DNA of 64,000 bases from Spirochaetia bacterium (GCA_965199955.1 CBDATQ010000001.1:672001-736000); one strand, 5' to 3'; positions 31,583 through 41,215 are shown, counted from the first letter of the stretch. Program-made: numbers and translations. Notes: a model not told the origin generated them from the sequence alone.

Positions 31583-31687
31583 GCCGAAGTTCCAGGAGCG
31601 AAAACGCCAGTCAGCATGCAGATCACCTTGCAAATAATTTCCTTCAAATAAGTTACGAGAGATTCACGCTCTGGAATTTCGGTCTAG
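31579..31687. mobile_element. MITE-like element (101 bp) flanked by CTAG duplications
   Basis: CTAG-GCCGAAGTTCCAGGAGCG ... CGCTCTGGAATTTCGGT-CTAG imperfect terminal inverted repeats; AT-rich non-coding interior. Confidence 0.7.
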
Positions 31688-33510
31688 CCTCGGGAGGCGG
31701 GCTCCAACACCGCGCGGATGCGCCGCACGCCGCCCGATGACGACTGCTCCTTGACGATCCTGAACGCGCCGAGCTCGCCGGTACGGCTCGCGTGCGGCCC
31801 GCCGCACACCTCCTGGGAGTAGTCGCCGATCGAGTAGACCTTCACGTCCTCCTGGTACTTCTCGCCGAACAGGGCGATGGCGCCGCCGTCCAGAGCGTCC
31901 TGCAGCTTCATCACCTGCATGCTGATCGGCAGATCCTCGGCGATGCGGTCGTTGACGGTGGCCTGGACGCGCGCGACCTCCTCCTGGGACATCGGCGTGC
32001 TGTGCGAAAAGTCGAACCGCAGCCGCTCGGCGGTGATGTTGCTGCCCTTTTGCTGCACGTGCTCTCCCAGCTCGTCACGCAGTGCCTGATGCAGCAGGTG
32101 CGTGGCGGTGTGCAGGCGCTGCACGGTCTCGCTGGCGTCGGCCAGCCCTCCCTTGAAGGTCTTGTCGGCCCCAGCCTTGGACCGCTTCTGGTGCTCGGCG
32201 TACCGCCGGGCGAACCCGGCGCCGTCCACCGTCAGGCCATGCTCCTCTGCGAGCTCCTCGGTGATCTCCAGGGGAAAGCCGTAGGTGTCGTAGAGGCGGA
32301 ACGCGACATCTCCAGGGATCACCTTGTCGTCGCGTGCGAGCAGACGTGGCAGCATCTTCTGCAACTCCGCCTCGCCCTTGGCCAGAGTGGCGGAGAAGCG
32401 CCGTTCCTCCTGGGACAGCTCGCTCAGGATCGTGCCGCCCTGCTCGGCAAGCCGCGGATAGGCGTCGCCGTAGTTGTCGATGACGCTCTCCGCGGTGGCG
32501 CGCAGCATCTCGCCGGGGATGTCCAGCTTCCGTCCGTGGCGGATCGCCCGGCGGATGATCCTGCGCAGCACGTAGCCCTGGCCCAGGTTGGAGGGGGTGA
32601 TGGCGGCCTCGTCACCGAGCATGAACACGGCGGCGCGGACGTGATCGACCACGATGCGGATCGACCGGTCGCGCTCGTCATCCTCTCCGTATGCGACGGC
32701 GGCCTGCCCTGCGGCGGTGGCGACGATCGGCGCCATGACGTCGATGTCGTAGACGCTGGCCGCGCCCTGCAGAACGGCCGCGGTTCGCTCCACGCCCATG
32801 CCGGTGTCCACGCATTGCTGCTGCAGCGGGACGAAGCGCCCCTCGCTGGTCTTGTCGTACTGCATGAACACGTCGTTCCAGATCTCCAGGTGACGGTCGC
32901 CGTTGCCCGGCGCGCGGCCGTCGTCGCCGGCGTCGGGGTACAGGTCGATGTACATCTCCGTCGTCGGCCCGCAGGGGCCGGTCTGCCCCGCCGGTCCCCA
33001 CCAGTTGTCCTCCCCGAGGAAATGGATGTGATCCTCCGCGATGCCGAGCGAACGCCAGGCGGAGGCCGCCTCGTCGTCGCGGGGCACCATCTCGTTGCCG
33101 GCGAAGCAGGTGACGTGCAGGTGCTCGACCGGAAAGCCCAGCCAGCGGCTGTCGGTGAGGAACTCGTGGCTCAGCTCGATCGCACCCTGCTTGAAGTAGT
33201 CGCCGAGCGACCAGTTGCCGAGCATCTCGATCAGCGTCAGGTGCGACAGGTCTCCGACCAGATCGATGTCGATCGTGCGGATGCATTTCTGCACGTTGAC
33301 GAGGCGCCGCCCGGAGGGGTGCGGAGCGCCCAGCACGTAGGGGACCAGCGGGTGCACGCCGGCCATCACGAACAGCGCCGTGGGGTCGTTCTCGGGGACC
33401 AGCGAGTGGTTGGGGATGCGCGCGTGGCCTTTGGACTCGAAGTAGGACAGATAGCGATCGCGGAGATCGTTGGCCGTCAAGGCTGACGTTCGTATGGCGG
33501 ACGTTGGCAT
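31684..33510 (-). CDS. alaS: Alanine--tRNA ligase, short form without C-Ala domain
   Basis: VQKCIRT, EMLGNWSLGDYFK, EIWNDVFMQY, DTGMGVER, LYDTYGFP; editing motifs HTATHLLH and CGGPH. Confidence 0.96.
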   Translation of the reverse strand: MPTSAIRTSALTANDLRDRYLSYFESKGHARIPNHSLVPENDPTALFVMAGVHPLVPYVLGAPHPSGRRLVNVQKCIRTIDIDLVGDLSHLTLIEMLGNWSLGDYFKQGAIELSHEFLTDSRWLGFPVEHLHVTCFAGNEMVPRDDEAASAWRSLGIAEDHIHFLGEDNWWGPAGQTGPCGPTTEMYIDLYPDAGDDGRAPGNGDRHLEIWNDVFMQYDKTSEGRFVPLQQQCVDTGMGVERTAAVLQGAASVYDIDVMAPIVATAAGQAAVAYGEDDERDRSIRIVVDHVRAAVFMLGDEAAITPSNLGQGYVLRRIIRRAIRHGRKLDIPGEMLRATAESVIDNYGDAYPRLAEQGGTILSELSQEERRFSATLAKGEAELQKMLPRLLARDDKVIPGDVAFRLYDTYGFPLEITEELAEEHGLTVDGAGFARRYAEHQKRSKAGADKTFKGGLADASETVQRLHTATHLLHQALRDELGEHVQQKGSNITAERLRFDFSHSTPMSQEEVARVQATVNDRIAEDLPISMQVMKLQDALDGGAIALFGEKYQEDVKVYSIGDYSQEVCGGPHASRTGELGAFRIVKEQSSSGGVRRIRAVLEPASRG

Positions 33511-33515
33511 GACGA

Positions 33516-33545
33516 AATGTGCTCGGGCGCCGGCCGCGGTGTCAA
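33516..33545 (-). promoter_or_regulatory. Putative alaS promoter, leaderless spacing
   Basis: TTGACA-N18-CACATT, then 5 nt to the ATG. Confidence 0.5.
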
Positions 33546-33561
33546 ACCGCGGCGATCGGGA

Positions 33562-34047
33562 TCAGGTAAGCGGCTCGACCAGATCCTCCGATTCCGGGGT
33601 GAGCAGATCCGGGAACACGTAGACCATGCCGCCGCTCCTGCGCACGCGCAACTCCGCGTGCCCGCGGGAGACCAGGTCGTCGAGGCAGGCCTTGGCGTCG
33701 TCGAGGCTGTAGTCGCCGCCCACCGCGATCTCCGTCGGCGTCACGACCCCGCCGTGCGCCTTGGCCGCGCGCAGGATCACCGTCTCGATCGACTCCACGG
33801 CGCCTGCCGTCTCCGCGACGTCGGGCAGGCGGCCCGGAGACGGTCCCGGCAGCCGCCGGGCGGTCTCCGCGTCCACCATGGTGGGGATCGTGAACAGATC
33901 GATGATGTTGCCGATCCCGAACAGCCCCCACGTGCACAGCCAGAGGATGCCGGTGCCGATCCGTCCCAGGTAGAAGCGGTGGATCCCGGACACCCCGAAC
34001 AGGCACAACGCCCACAGCAGGTAGGCGGTGCCCCGCGAGTAGCTCAT
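33562..34047 (-). CDS. TM2 domain protein with C-terminal winged-helix-like region
   Basis: TAYLLWALCLFGVSGIHRFYLGRIGTGILWLCTWGLFGIG..IDLF.IP (TM2 signature). Confidence 0.85.
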   Translation of the reverse strand: MSYSRGTAYLLWALCLFGVSGIHRFYLGRIGTGILWLCTWGLFGIGNIIDLFTIPTMVDAETARRLPGPSPGRLPDVAETAGAVESIETVILRAAKAHGGVVTPTEIAVGGDYSLDDAKACLDDLVSRGHAELRVRRSGGMVYVFPDLLTPESEDLVEPLT

Positions 34048-34061
34048 GCAGCGCGCCTGTG

Positions 34062-35375
34062 CTAAGGGTACAGCCGTTGCAGTGTGCGGGGAAACGCGAT
34101 CGCCTCGCGCACGTGGGGGATGCCGGCGATCCAGGCGAGGGTGCGCTCCAGGCCGATGCCGAAACCGGAGTGCGGGACCGAGCCGAAGCGGCGCAGGTCC
34201 AGGTACCACTCGTAGGCGTCGAGGGGCAGGCCGTTCGTCCTGATGGCGGCCACCAGCGCGTCCAGGTCGTCCTCCCGCTGCGAACCGCCGGCGATTTCGC
34301 CATAGCCTTCCGGGGCCAGCAGGTCCGAGCAGCGCACCCGGTCCGGGTCGGTGGGGTGGCCCTTCATGTAGAACGCCTTGGCCGCGCGCGGGTAGTCGGT
34401 GACGAACACGGGGCGGTCGAAGCTCAGGCTGACCGCCGTCTCCTCGTCCGCCCCCAGGTCCTGGCCGAGTTGCACGTCGGCGCCGGCGGCCTGGGCGATG
34501 CGCACGGCTTCCGCGTAGTCGATGCGCGGGAACGGCGGGGCCAGCCTGGCGAGCGGCGCGGTGTCCCGCTCCAGCGTGGCGAGCTCGCTCTCGCACCGGG
34601 TCAGGACGTGGTCCACCACGGCGAGCACCAGGTCTTCCTGGAGCTGCATGTTGGCGTCGCTGTCCGCGAAGGCGACCTCGGCTTCCAGCATCCAGAACTC
34701 GCTGAGATGGCGGCGGGTCTTGGACTTCTCCGCGCGGAACGTCGGGCCGAAGTTGTACACCTTGCCCAGCGACTGGCAGGCGGCCTCCAGGTAGAGCTGG
34801 CCGGTCTGAGCCAGGTGAGCCTCGCCCAGGTCGTAGTAGGGCAGGGTGAACAGCGAGGACGCATTCTCACCGACGGCGCCGGTAAGGATCGGCGTGTCCA
34901 CCAGCACGAAGGCGCTCCGGTGGAAGAAGTCGTGCATGGCGATGCGCAACTCGCTTCGCAGCCGCATCAGCGCCTCCTGCCGGCGCGAGCGCAACCACAG
35001 GTGGCGGTGCGCCAGCAGGAAATCGACGCCGTGCGCCTTCTTCGCGATCGGGTAATCGGCCGTCGGCGACTGCAGGACCTGCAGCGCGTGGAGCTGCAGT
35101 TCGTAGCCGCCGGGGGCGCGTGGCTCGGCCCGGACCGTGCCGCGCGCGAACACGCTGGACTCCAGGGGGAGCCGGGCGGCGCGGGCGAAGGAGTCGGGCT
35201 CCGTCTCGCCGTTGATGGCGGTGGCCTGCATGCGCCCGGTGCCGTCGCGGAGCTGCAGGAACAGGATTCGCCCCTTGGAGCGCGCGTTGTACAGCCAGCC
35301 GGCCACCTCCACGGCGCCTCCGTCGTGGGCGCCCACGTCCCTGATCGCCACGCGGGGCGGCGCGTCGTTCATCAT
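34062..35375 (-). CDS. asnS: Asparagine--tRNA ligase
   Basis: OB fold FLQLRDGTG, HRHLWLRS, FGPTFRAEKSKTRRHLSEFWMLE, GEIAGGSQRE, PHSGFGIGLER. Confidence 0.95.
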   Translation of the reverse strand: MMNDAPPRVAIRDVGAHDGGAVEVAGWLYNARSKGRILFLQLRDGTGRMQATAINGETEPDSFARAARLPLESSVFARGTVRAEPRAPGGYELQLHALQVLQSPTADYPIAKKAHGVDFLLAHRHLWLRSRRQEALMRLRSELRIAMHDFFHRSAFVLVDTPILTGAVGENASSLFTLPYYDLGEAHLAQTGQLYLEAACQSLGKVYNFGPTFRAEKSKTRRHLSEFWMLEAEVAFADSDANMQLQEDLVLAVVDHVLTRCESELATLERDTAPLARLAPPFPRIDYAEAVRIAQAAGADVQLGQDLGADEETAVSLSFDRPVFVTDYPRAAKAFYMKGHPTDPDRVRCSDLLAPEGYGEIAGGSQREDDLDALVAAIRTNGLPLDAYEWYLDLRRFGSVPHSGFGIGLERTLAWIAGIPHVREAIAFPRTLQRLYP

Positions 35376-35794
35376 GCCGGCTCACCCTTGATGTGGTGGA
35401 GCAACCGCTCGGCCTGTCTGGCGTCGAAGGCGTTCGAGAGCAGGAGGCGCGCCGCGTCCGGCCCCCCTCTCGCCGCGGAGCGGACGATCGACGGACGAAT
35501 GCCGTACTCTTGCACGACCCGGCGGGCATCGCGTTCGTTCACCGTCCCCAGACCGGCGATCGCGCGGCAGATGCCCGTGACTTCCTCGGCGTCCAGGGCG
35601 CGCAGCACGGCCGCCGCCGCATCCCCGTCGATGAGCAGCAGGAAGTGTGCGGCGCGCTCGTAACCGACGTCGCGCGCTTCGTCCTTGGCGCGGTGGGCGA
35701 GCTCGCCGGGGGTGGGCGTGTGCGCCCCGGCTGGAGCGGGCTTGGCTTGGGCGGAGCATGGAGTGGTCACGGCGGCGATTCGTACCGTAGTCAC
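35372..35794 (-). CDS. Small protein resembling the FliG N-terminal region
   Basis: GYERAAHFLLLIDGDAAAAVLRALDAEEVTGICRAIAGL...RGGPDAARLLLSNAFDARQAERLL; GTG start overlaps the upstream TGA and the stop overlaps the asnS ATG. Confidence 0.6.
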   Translation of the reverse strand: MTTVRIAAVTTPCSAQAKPAPAGAHTPTPGELAHRAKDEARDVGYERAAHFLLLIDGDAAAAVLRALDAEEVTGICRAIAGLGTVNERDARRVVQEYGIRPSIVRSAARGGPDAARLLLSNAFDARQAERLLHHIKGEPA

Positions 35795-36786
35795 CGGCGG
35801 TACTGCGCGTCCAGAAGATCTGCGACCGGCAGCGGGTCGCAGATCGAAGGCGCGCACCGCGTGCCCCCCCGGGTCAGGTTCAGGCCGTGGTCGCCCACCG
35901 CCTGCCTCACGCAGGCGCCGTTGACGCGTTCCTGCCCGGCGTCCAGCACGGCACGCAGCATGGGCTGGACCTCCTGCAGCGCCTGCTCGAACAGATCGAA
36001 GACGCTGGCGGTCGATTCGTCGGCGCGATCGCACGGGTGGCACCAGCGCCGGTGTGATTCGTTGGCCCAGTCGACAGCGCGGTCGATCCCTACCGGATGG
36101 AACATGGCCAGGCGCCGGCGGCCTCCCTGCTCGTGCCGTTCCATCTCCATCGCGCGCCGGCGGAAGCCGGGGTTGCGCGGGTCGGTCATCGCGAAGAACC
36201 GCAAGGCGTCGCGATAGGCGTTGCCGACGCGCGCGTGATCGGTGGCCGGGTCGTGGGCGCGCGGGTACACCTCGGCGATGGCGGCGACCAGCCCGGCACG
36301 CAGAGCGGACGGGAGCTCCTCGCCCAGACGGACATCGGAGAAGACGTCGACCGCTCGCACGCCGCCGCGGAGCCGTTCGGCCAACAGGACGTCCAGGATG
36401 CGTTCCAGGAACGCGTGGCAGCGGCGCAGGCGCCGCGTTGCCGGATTCCCCGGCACGAACCAGCCGGCGTGGTAGACCACGTACGGGTGCCAGGAGCGGT
36501 CGAGGGCGGCGTGGGTGGCCATCCCCGCGGCGAACGCGGCGGTCTCAGCCCCCGAAGAGGCGTGTCGCAGGAAGGCGGCCACCAGGCTGCCGAAGCGGGT
36601 GCGGTGCATCAGCGGCCCGAAGCGGAACCCGTGCGGCCGGGTGCGCAGGGCGTGGAAGAACAGGTCCGGCCCCTGCGCACCCAGGCGAAGCGCGTTGCCG
36701 GCCGCGGAGAGCAGCTCGCCGCCTTCCGCGCCGAGACGGCGCGCCGCTTCCTCGGCGAACAGCAGGTGGGAGACGTGGGCGGGCAT
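35791..36786 (-). CDS. Zinc-dependent phospholipase C-like family protein
   Basis: MPAHVSH, LGAQGPDLFF, MH, THAALDRSWHPYV, HAFLERILD. Confidence 0.75.
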   Translation of the reverse strand: MPAHVSHLLFAEEAARRLGAEGGELLSAAGNALRLGAQGPDLFFHALRTRPHGFRFGPLMHRTRFGSLVAAFLRHASSGAETAAFAAGMATHAALDRSWHPYVVYHAGWFVPGNPATRRLRRCHAFLERILDVLLAERLRGGVRAVDVFSDVRLGEELPSALRAGLVAAIAEVYPRAHDPATDHARVGNAYRDALRFFAMTDPRNPGFRRRAMEMERHEQGGRRRLAMFHPVGIDRAVDWANESHRRWCHPCDRADESTASVFDLFEQALQEVQPMLRAVLDAGQERVNGACVRQAVGDHGLNLTRGGTRCAPSICDPLPVADLLDAQYRR

Positions 36787-36896
36787 GGCTGCGCATGAGT
36801 CTGTCGGAATGGCGGCGTCAGCGGAATGGCCATTGCCGGCGGCGCGGCGCACGGGTATTGTCCGCGAGCGGTGCAGATGGTAGAACACGCCTTACA

Positions 36897-36969
36897 GCCG
36901 CTGTAGCTCAGTTGGTAGAGCAAGGGACTGAAAATCCCTGTGTCAACAGTTCGATTCTGTTCGGCGGCA
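36897..36969 (+). tRNA. tRNA-Phe(GAA)
   Basis: Cloverleaf GCCGCTG...CGGCGGC-A; anticodon arm AGGGA-CTGAAAA-TCCCT; TTCGATT T-loop; CCA not encoded. Confidence 0.96.
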
Positions 36970-37008
36970 TCCTGTTCGAGAATCGCTGTCGAGAAACCGG
37001 GCAACGCT

Positions 37009-37719
37009 TCAGTTGCGTTTCCAGGCGTACGGGCCACTGAGGTAGCCGCTGCCGTCTTCAGGCGGCTCGGCATACACGTACAGCAGCAGCTCGTCGGCAA
37101 GCATGCCTTCCGGAAGCGCGGACTCCAGATCGATGCGCTCGGCGAACGCCGCCGCTGCCACGCGAGTTCGGGCGCTCCCGTACAGCCAAACCTCGTACCA
37201 CGCGAACGGACCGGTGACGGTCAGCTCGTTCGCATCGATCGCGACGTCGATCGCCTCCACGTGCCGCCGGGCCTCGGGACCGGTGCTGCCGGTGACCCGG
37301 AAGCTCTCCTCCGCGGTCTGACCGGAGATGTCCTGGACGATCACGCGATAGACGCCCGCCGGCAGTGGCTCGTCGGAGGGCATCGCCAGCGCCGTCGACC
37401 CGATCCAGGTGCCGGAGTCGGATCGATCGACCACCCACACCTCGGGCGTCAGCCTCCAGAAGATTTGCGCGTCGTCGTTCATCACGTACAGAGCGTCCAG
37501 GTCGTCCAGGCCGTCGGCGTCGCTGACCCGGGCGAACAGGGTCAAGGTCTCGTAGGTGCGCCCCTGGCGCAGATCCGCGAACACCACGCGCTTCCAGAAC
37601 AACTCGTGCGCCTCCGGAGCCGCGACCTCGCAGGCGGCCAGCAGGCAGATCAGGCCGGCAACGCCGGCAGCACGGACGAGTCCGCCCCGTTCGCTACGGC
37701 CCGTGGGAGGCAAGCACAT
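37009..37719 (-). CDS. Hypothetical lipoprotein
   Basis: Hydrophobic stretch ending LLAAC; coding-like codon usage; downstream of hisC. Start uncertain. Confidence 0.65.
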   Translation of the reverse strand: MCLPPTGRSERGGLVRAAGVAGLICLLAACEVAAPEAHELFWKRVVFADLRQGRTYETLTLFARVSDADGLDDLDALYVMNDDAQIFWRLTPEVWVVDRSDSGTWIGSTALAMPSDEPLPAGVYRVIVQDISGQTAEESFRVTGSTGPEARRHVEAIDVAIDANELTVTGPFAWYEVWLYGSARTRVAAAAFAERIDLESALPEGMLADELLLYVYAEPPEDGSGYLSGPYAWKRN

Positions 37720-38812
37720 CGGCCAGTCCGGCCAGCAGCGACCGGTTCTCCGGCTCGGTCCCGACAGTGACGCGCAGCCAGCCGGCGAGCGCCGCCGGTC
37801 GCGTCCAGCAGCGCACCACCAGCCCGCGCTGCAGGAGGTCTTCGGCCACGATGGATGCTCGCTCGCCGAGCCGGACCATGATGAAGTTGGTGTGCGTGGG
37901 CACGAAGGGCAGCCCCAGGGCGTCGAAACCGGCGGTGAGCTGCGCCTTGCCGTCGCGGTTCACCTGCAGGGTCCGCCGCAGGAATTCCCGGTCGTCGGCC
38001 GCCGCCAAGCCTGCCGCCTGCGCCGTCACCGACAGGTCGAACGGCGGGCGCACCCGGTGCAGGAGGTCGATCACGCGTGGATCGCCGCAGGCGAAGCCGA
38101 AGCGGATGCCGGCCAGGCCGTGGCTCTTGGAGAAGGTGCGGGTGACCAGCAGGTTGGTCACGCCGTCGCGCACCCGCCCCATCGTGTCGGGCCGCAGCGC
38201 GGGGTCGGCGAAGTCCGCGTACGCCTCGTCGTGGATGAGCAGCACGTCATCCGGCAGCGCGGCAACCAGATCGGCGAAGCGCCGTTCGTCGATCAGTGTC
38301 CCCGTGGGGTTGTTGGGATTGCAGAGGAACACCGCCTTGGTCGCGGGAGTGACCTTGTCCAGGATCGCGTCCACGTCGATCGCCATGCCGTCCATAGCCG
38401 ACCGCACGACGCGCGCGCCCATGATCCGGGCGACGATCTCGTACATGCTGAAGGTCACTTCCGGCACGATCACCTCGTCGTCCGCGTGCAGGAACGCCAT
38501 CGCAACGGCAAGCAGCAGCGCGTCGGAGCCGTTGCCGGCGATCAGGTGCTCGGGCGTCAGGTGCAGGAGGGAGGCGAGCCGCTCGCGCACCTGCCGCGTG
38601 CTCGACTCCACGTAGCGGTGGGAGAGGTCGAGCGCGTCGCGGATGGCCGCGACCGCGGCCGGTGATGCGCCGAGCGGGTTCTCGTTGGAGGCCAGCTTGA
38701 TCACGTCGTCCCGGCCCGACTCCTCCATCGCCTCTTCCAGGGACTTGCCGGGGACGTACGGGGCGATGTCGAGCACGGACGGGTTGGCCTGCCGATAGGG
38801 ATCGAACGCCAT
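37694..38812 (-). CDS. hisC: Histidinol-phosphate aminotransferase
   Basis: PYVPGK, IKLASNENPLG, GNGSD, CNPNNPTG, DEAY, RTFSKSHGLAGIRFG. Confidence 0.95.
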   Translation of the reverse strand: MAFDPYRQANPSVLDIAPYVPGKSLEEAMEESGRDDVIKLASNENPLGASPAAVAAIRDALDLSHRYVESSTRQVRERLASLLHLTPEHLIAGNGSDALLLAVAMAFLHADDEVIVPEVTFSMYEIVARIMGARVVRSAMDGMAIDVDAILDKVTPATKAVFLCNPNNPTGTLIDERRFADLVAALPDDVLLIHDEAYADFADPALRPDTMGRVRDGVTNLLVTRTFSKSHGLAGIRFGFACGDPRVIDLLHRVRPPFDLSVTAQAAGLAAADDREFLRRTLQVNRDGKAQLTAGFDALGLPFVPTHTNFIMVRLGERASIVAEDLLQRGLVVRCWTRPAALAGWLRVTVGTEPENRSLLAGLADVLASHGP

Positions 38813-38818
38813 GCGCTG

Positions 38819-38847
38819 ACGCTATCCGATTCGACTCCGCCGGTCAT
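38819..38847 (-). promoter_or_regulatory. Putative hisC promoter, leaderless spacing
   Basis: ATGACC-N17-TAGCGT, then 6 nt to the ATG. Confidence 0.5.
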
Positions 38848-38848
38848 G

Positions 38849-38878
38849 TTGACAGAGAATGCAGAAATCTGCATGAAT
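38849..38878 (+). promoter_or_regulatory. argR promoter with overlapping ARG-box-like palindrome
   Basis: TTGACA at 38849; AATGCAGAAATCTGCATG (38858-38875) resembles an ARG box and lies just before argR. Confidence 0.7.
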
Positions 38879-38883
38879 ATTCC

Positions 38884-39363
38884 ATGGCCGATCGAAGACT
38901 CAGGTTGGCGGCGATCCGCAGGATCATCAGCCGGGGCGGGACCGCGCAGCAGGAAGAGTTGCTGGCAGCGCTGGCGCGCGACGGATTCGCCGTGACCCAG
39001 TCGACCCTGTCGCGTGATCTGCGCGACCTGCGGGTAGCGCGCGTGCCGGACGGCGAGCACGGCTATCGCTATGGCTTCGCCGACGCGGAACCGATGGCGG
39101 GTTCCCATTCCGGGCTGGTGAACGACATCAAGAACGGCTTGGTGGATCTGGTCTTCTCCGGCAACCTGCTGGTCGTCCACACCCTTCCGGGACATGCCGC
39201 AAGCGTTGCGCGCGCCCTGGACAACCTGCCGATCGACGAGCTGGCGGGAACGATCGCCGGCGACGACACGGTGCTGGCGGTGCTGCGCGAGGGCGTCGAC
39301 CGCGACCGGTGTCTGCGCGTCCTGGCCGCGGCGGTGCCGGGCGTGGCCGGGCTGTCCGCATGA
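38884..39363 (+). CDS. argR: Arginine repressor
   Basis: QEEL, VTQSTLSRDLRDL, TLPGHA, GTIAGDDT. Confidence 0.96.
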   Translation: MADRRLRLAAIRRIISRGGTAQQEELLAALARDGFAVTQSTLSRDLRDLRVARVPDGEHGYRYGFADAEPMAGSHSGLVNDIKNGLVDLVFSGNLLVVHTLPGHAASVARALDNLPIDELAGTIAGDDTVLAVLREGVDRDRCLRVLAAAVPGVAGLSA

Positions 39364-40391
39364 AGGCGGCAGTGCTGGGCGCGACCGGCTATGCCGGGGC
39401 GACGCTGGCGCGCCTGCTGGCCGAGCACCCGGACGTGCGTACCCTGGTCCTTGCCTCCGGCTCGCGGGCGGGTGCGCCGGTCGCGGAGGCGGTGCCGGAG
39501 CTGTCGCCGCGCGGGTTGCGGGCGGTTGACGGTGGCACGCTGGCATCGGTCGACGAGGCGGCCGCAGCCGGCGTCGACGTGGTGTTCGCAGCGCTGCCGC
39601 ACCTGTCGTCCGCGCAGACCCTGGAGCCGTTTCTGGGCCGCACGGTGGTGGTGGACCTGTCGGCCGACTTCCGCATCGCCGACCCCGCGCGGTTCGCCGC
39701 CGCCTACGGTCAGCCGCCGGCACGCCCGGACCTGCTCGGCGATGCGGTCTATGGCCTTCCGGAGCGGTACCGGGAACGACTTCGCTCGGCCGACCTGATC
39801 GCCAGTCCCGGCTGCTTTCCGACGGCGGTCCTGCTGCCGCTGCTGCCGGTGCTGGCGGCGGGCTTGGTGAGCGACCCGGTGGTCGCCTGCGCGGTCACCG
39901 GGCTGTCCGGCGCCGGCCGCAAGGCGGACGCCGAATGGACCTTCTGCGACCGCAGCGAGACCGCGGCCGCCTACAACCCCGGCACCAGCCACCGCCACGT
40001 GCCCGAGATGGTGCAGGAGATGGAGGCGGTGCGCCCCGGAGCGTCGCTGTGGTTCACCCCGCACACGGCGCCGATGAAGCGCGGCATCGCCGCCACCATC
40101 ACCGCTCCCGCGGCGGCCGGCGCCGACACGGAAGCGGTCGGCGCGGCGCTGCGGGCGGCCTACGGTGACGCGCCGTTCGTGCGGCTGCTCGACGACCGCC
40201 TGCCGGCGACCGGCTTGGTGTGGGGATCCAATCGCTGCGACATCGCGTGCCGGGTCGACGGCGGCGCGGTGCTGCTGTTCGCGGCGCTCGACAACCTGGT
40301 CAAGGGCGCCGCAGGCCAGGCGGTGCAGGCGATGAACCTGCGCATGGGGCTGCCGGAAGAGCGCGGCCTGCCCATGCACGGGACGCCTTGA
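39360..40391 (+). CDS. argC: N-acetyl-gamma-glutamyl-phosphate reductase
   Basis: GATGYAG, DLSADFR, PGCFPT, GLSGAGR, HRHVPE, DNLVKGAAGQAVQ. Confidence 0.96.
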   Translation: MKAAVLGATGYAGATLARLLAEHPDVRTLVLASGSRAGAPVAEAVPELSPRGLRAVDGGTLASVDEAAAAGVDVVFAALPHLSSAQTLEPFLGRTVVVDLSADFRIADPARFAAAYGQPPARPDLLGDAVYGLPERYRERLRSADLIASPGCFPTAVLLPLLPVLAAGLVSDPVVACAVTGLSGAGRKADAEWTFCDRSETAAAYNPGTSHRHVPEMVQEMEAVRPGASLWFTPHTAPMKRGIAATITAPAAAGADTEAVGAALRAAYGDAPFVRLLDDRLPATGLVWGSNRCDIACRVDGGAVLLFAALDNLVKGAAGQAVQAMNLRMGLPEERGLPMHGTP

Positions 40392-41215
40392 CCGGCAGGG
40401 GCACGTCCGCGCGGACAGCGGTGATCAAGCTCGGCGGGCGGGCGCTGGAGGAAACGGCGCTGCGCGGCCTGTTCGCCGCGGAGTTGGCCTCGCTGGCAGG
40501 TGGTGGCCAGGCCGGTACGTGGCGCGTGATCGTCGTGCACGGCGGCGGGGCTGAGGTGACCGCGATGAGCCGCCGCCTGGGACACGAACCGCGCTTCCAC
40601 GAGGGCATCCGCCTGACCACCGCGGACGAGATGGAGGTGGTCGACATGGTGCTGGCCGGCAGCGCCAACAAGCGGCTGGTACGCGCGCTGAGCGCCGCCG
40701 GCGTGAGCGCGGTCGGCATCTGCGGATCGGACGGGCCGACCCTGGCCGCGCAGCCGGAGGCGGTGCCGCCGGGCACCCGTACCGGGCGCATCGACGGCGT
40801 CGACACCCTTCTGCTCGCCACGCTGACGGACGCGGGGTTCGTGCCGGTGGTCAGCCCGGTCTGCGACGACGGCGCCGGCGGCGGCGTCAACGTCAACGCG
40901 GACACCGTCGCGTTCCGCGTGGCGACCGCGCTCGACGCCGACGCCCTGCTATTCATCTCCGACATCGACGGCGTGCTCAAGGAGGGGACGGTGGTGCGGC
41001 GCCTCGATCCGGCGAGCGCGGATGCCGAGATCGAGGCGGGGACCATCACCGACGGCATGATCCCGAAGATCAGGTCATCGGTCGCCGCGGTCACCGCGGG
41101 CGTCGGCCGCGTGCACATCGGCGACTATGGTGCCGCTGGGGCGTTGCGGGCGCTGCTGGACGGCGCGCGCGGCACCGTGATCGCGGCTGCCGCGGACGGA
41201 GCGCCGTCGCGCTGA
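40388..41215 (+). CDS. argB: Acetylglutamate kinase
   Basis: VIKLGG, VVHGGG, NVNADT, GMIPK; TTG start overlapping the argC stop. Confidence 0.93.
   Translation: MTGRGTSARTAVIKLGGRALEETALRGLFAAELASLAGGGQAGTWRVIVVHGGGAEVTAMSRRLGHEPRFHEGIRLTTADEMEVVDMVLAGSANKRLVRALSAAGVSAVGICGSDGPTLAAQPEAVPPGTRTGRIDGVDTLLLATLTDAGFVPVVSPVCDDGAGGGVNVNADTVAFRVATALDADALLFISDIDGVLKEGTVVRRLDPASADAEIEAGTITDGMIPKIRSSVAAVTAGVGRVHIGDYGAAGALRALLDGARGTVIAAAADGAPSR

Noticed and set aside
36897..36969. tRNA-Phe or tRNA-Pro as island or prophage integration sites
   Set aside because: No integrase, no duplicated tRNA 3' end seen, and no phage genes in the window.
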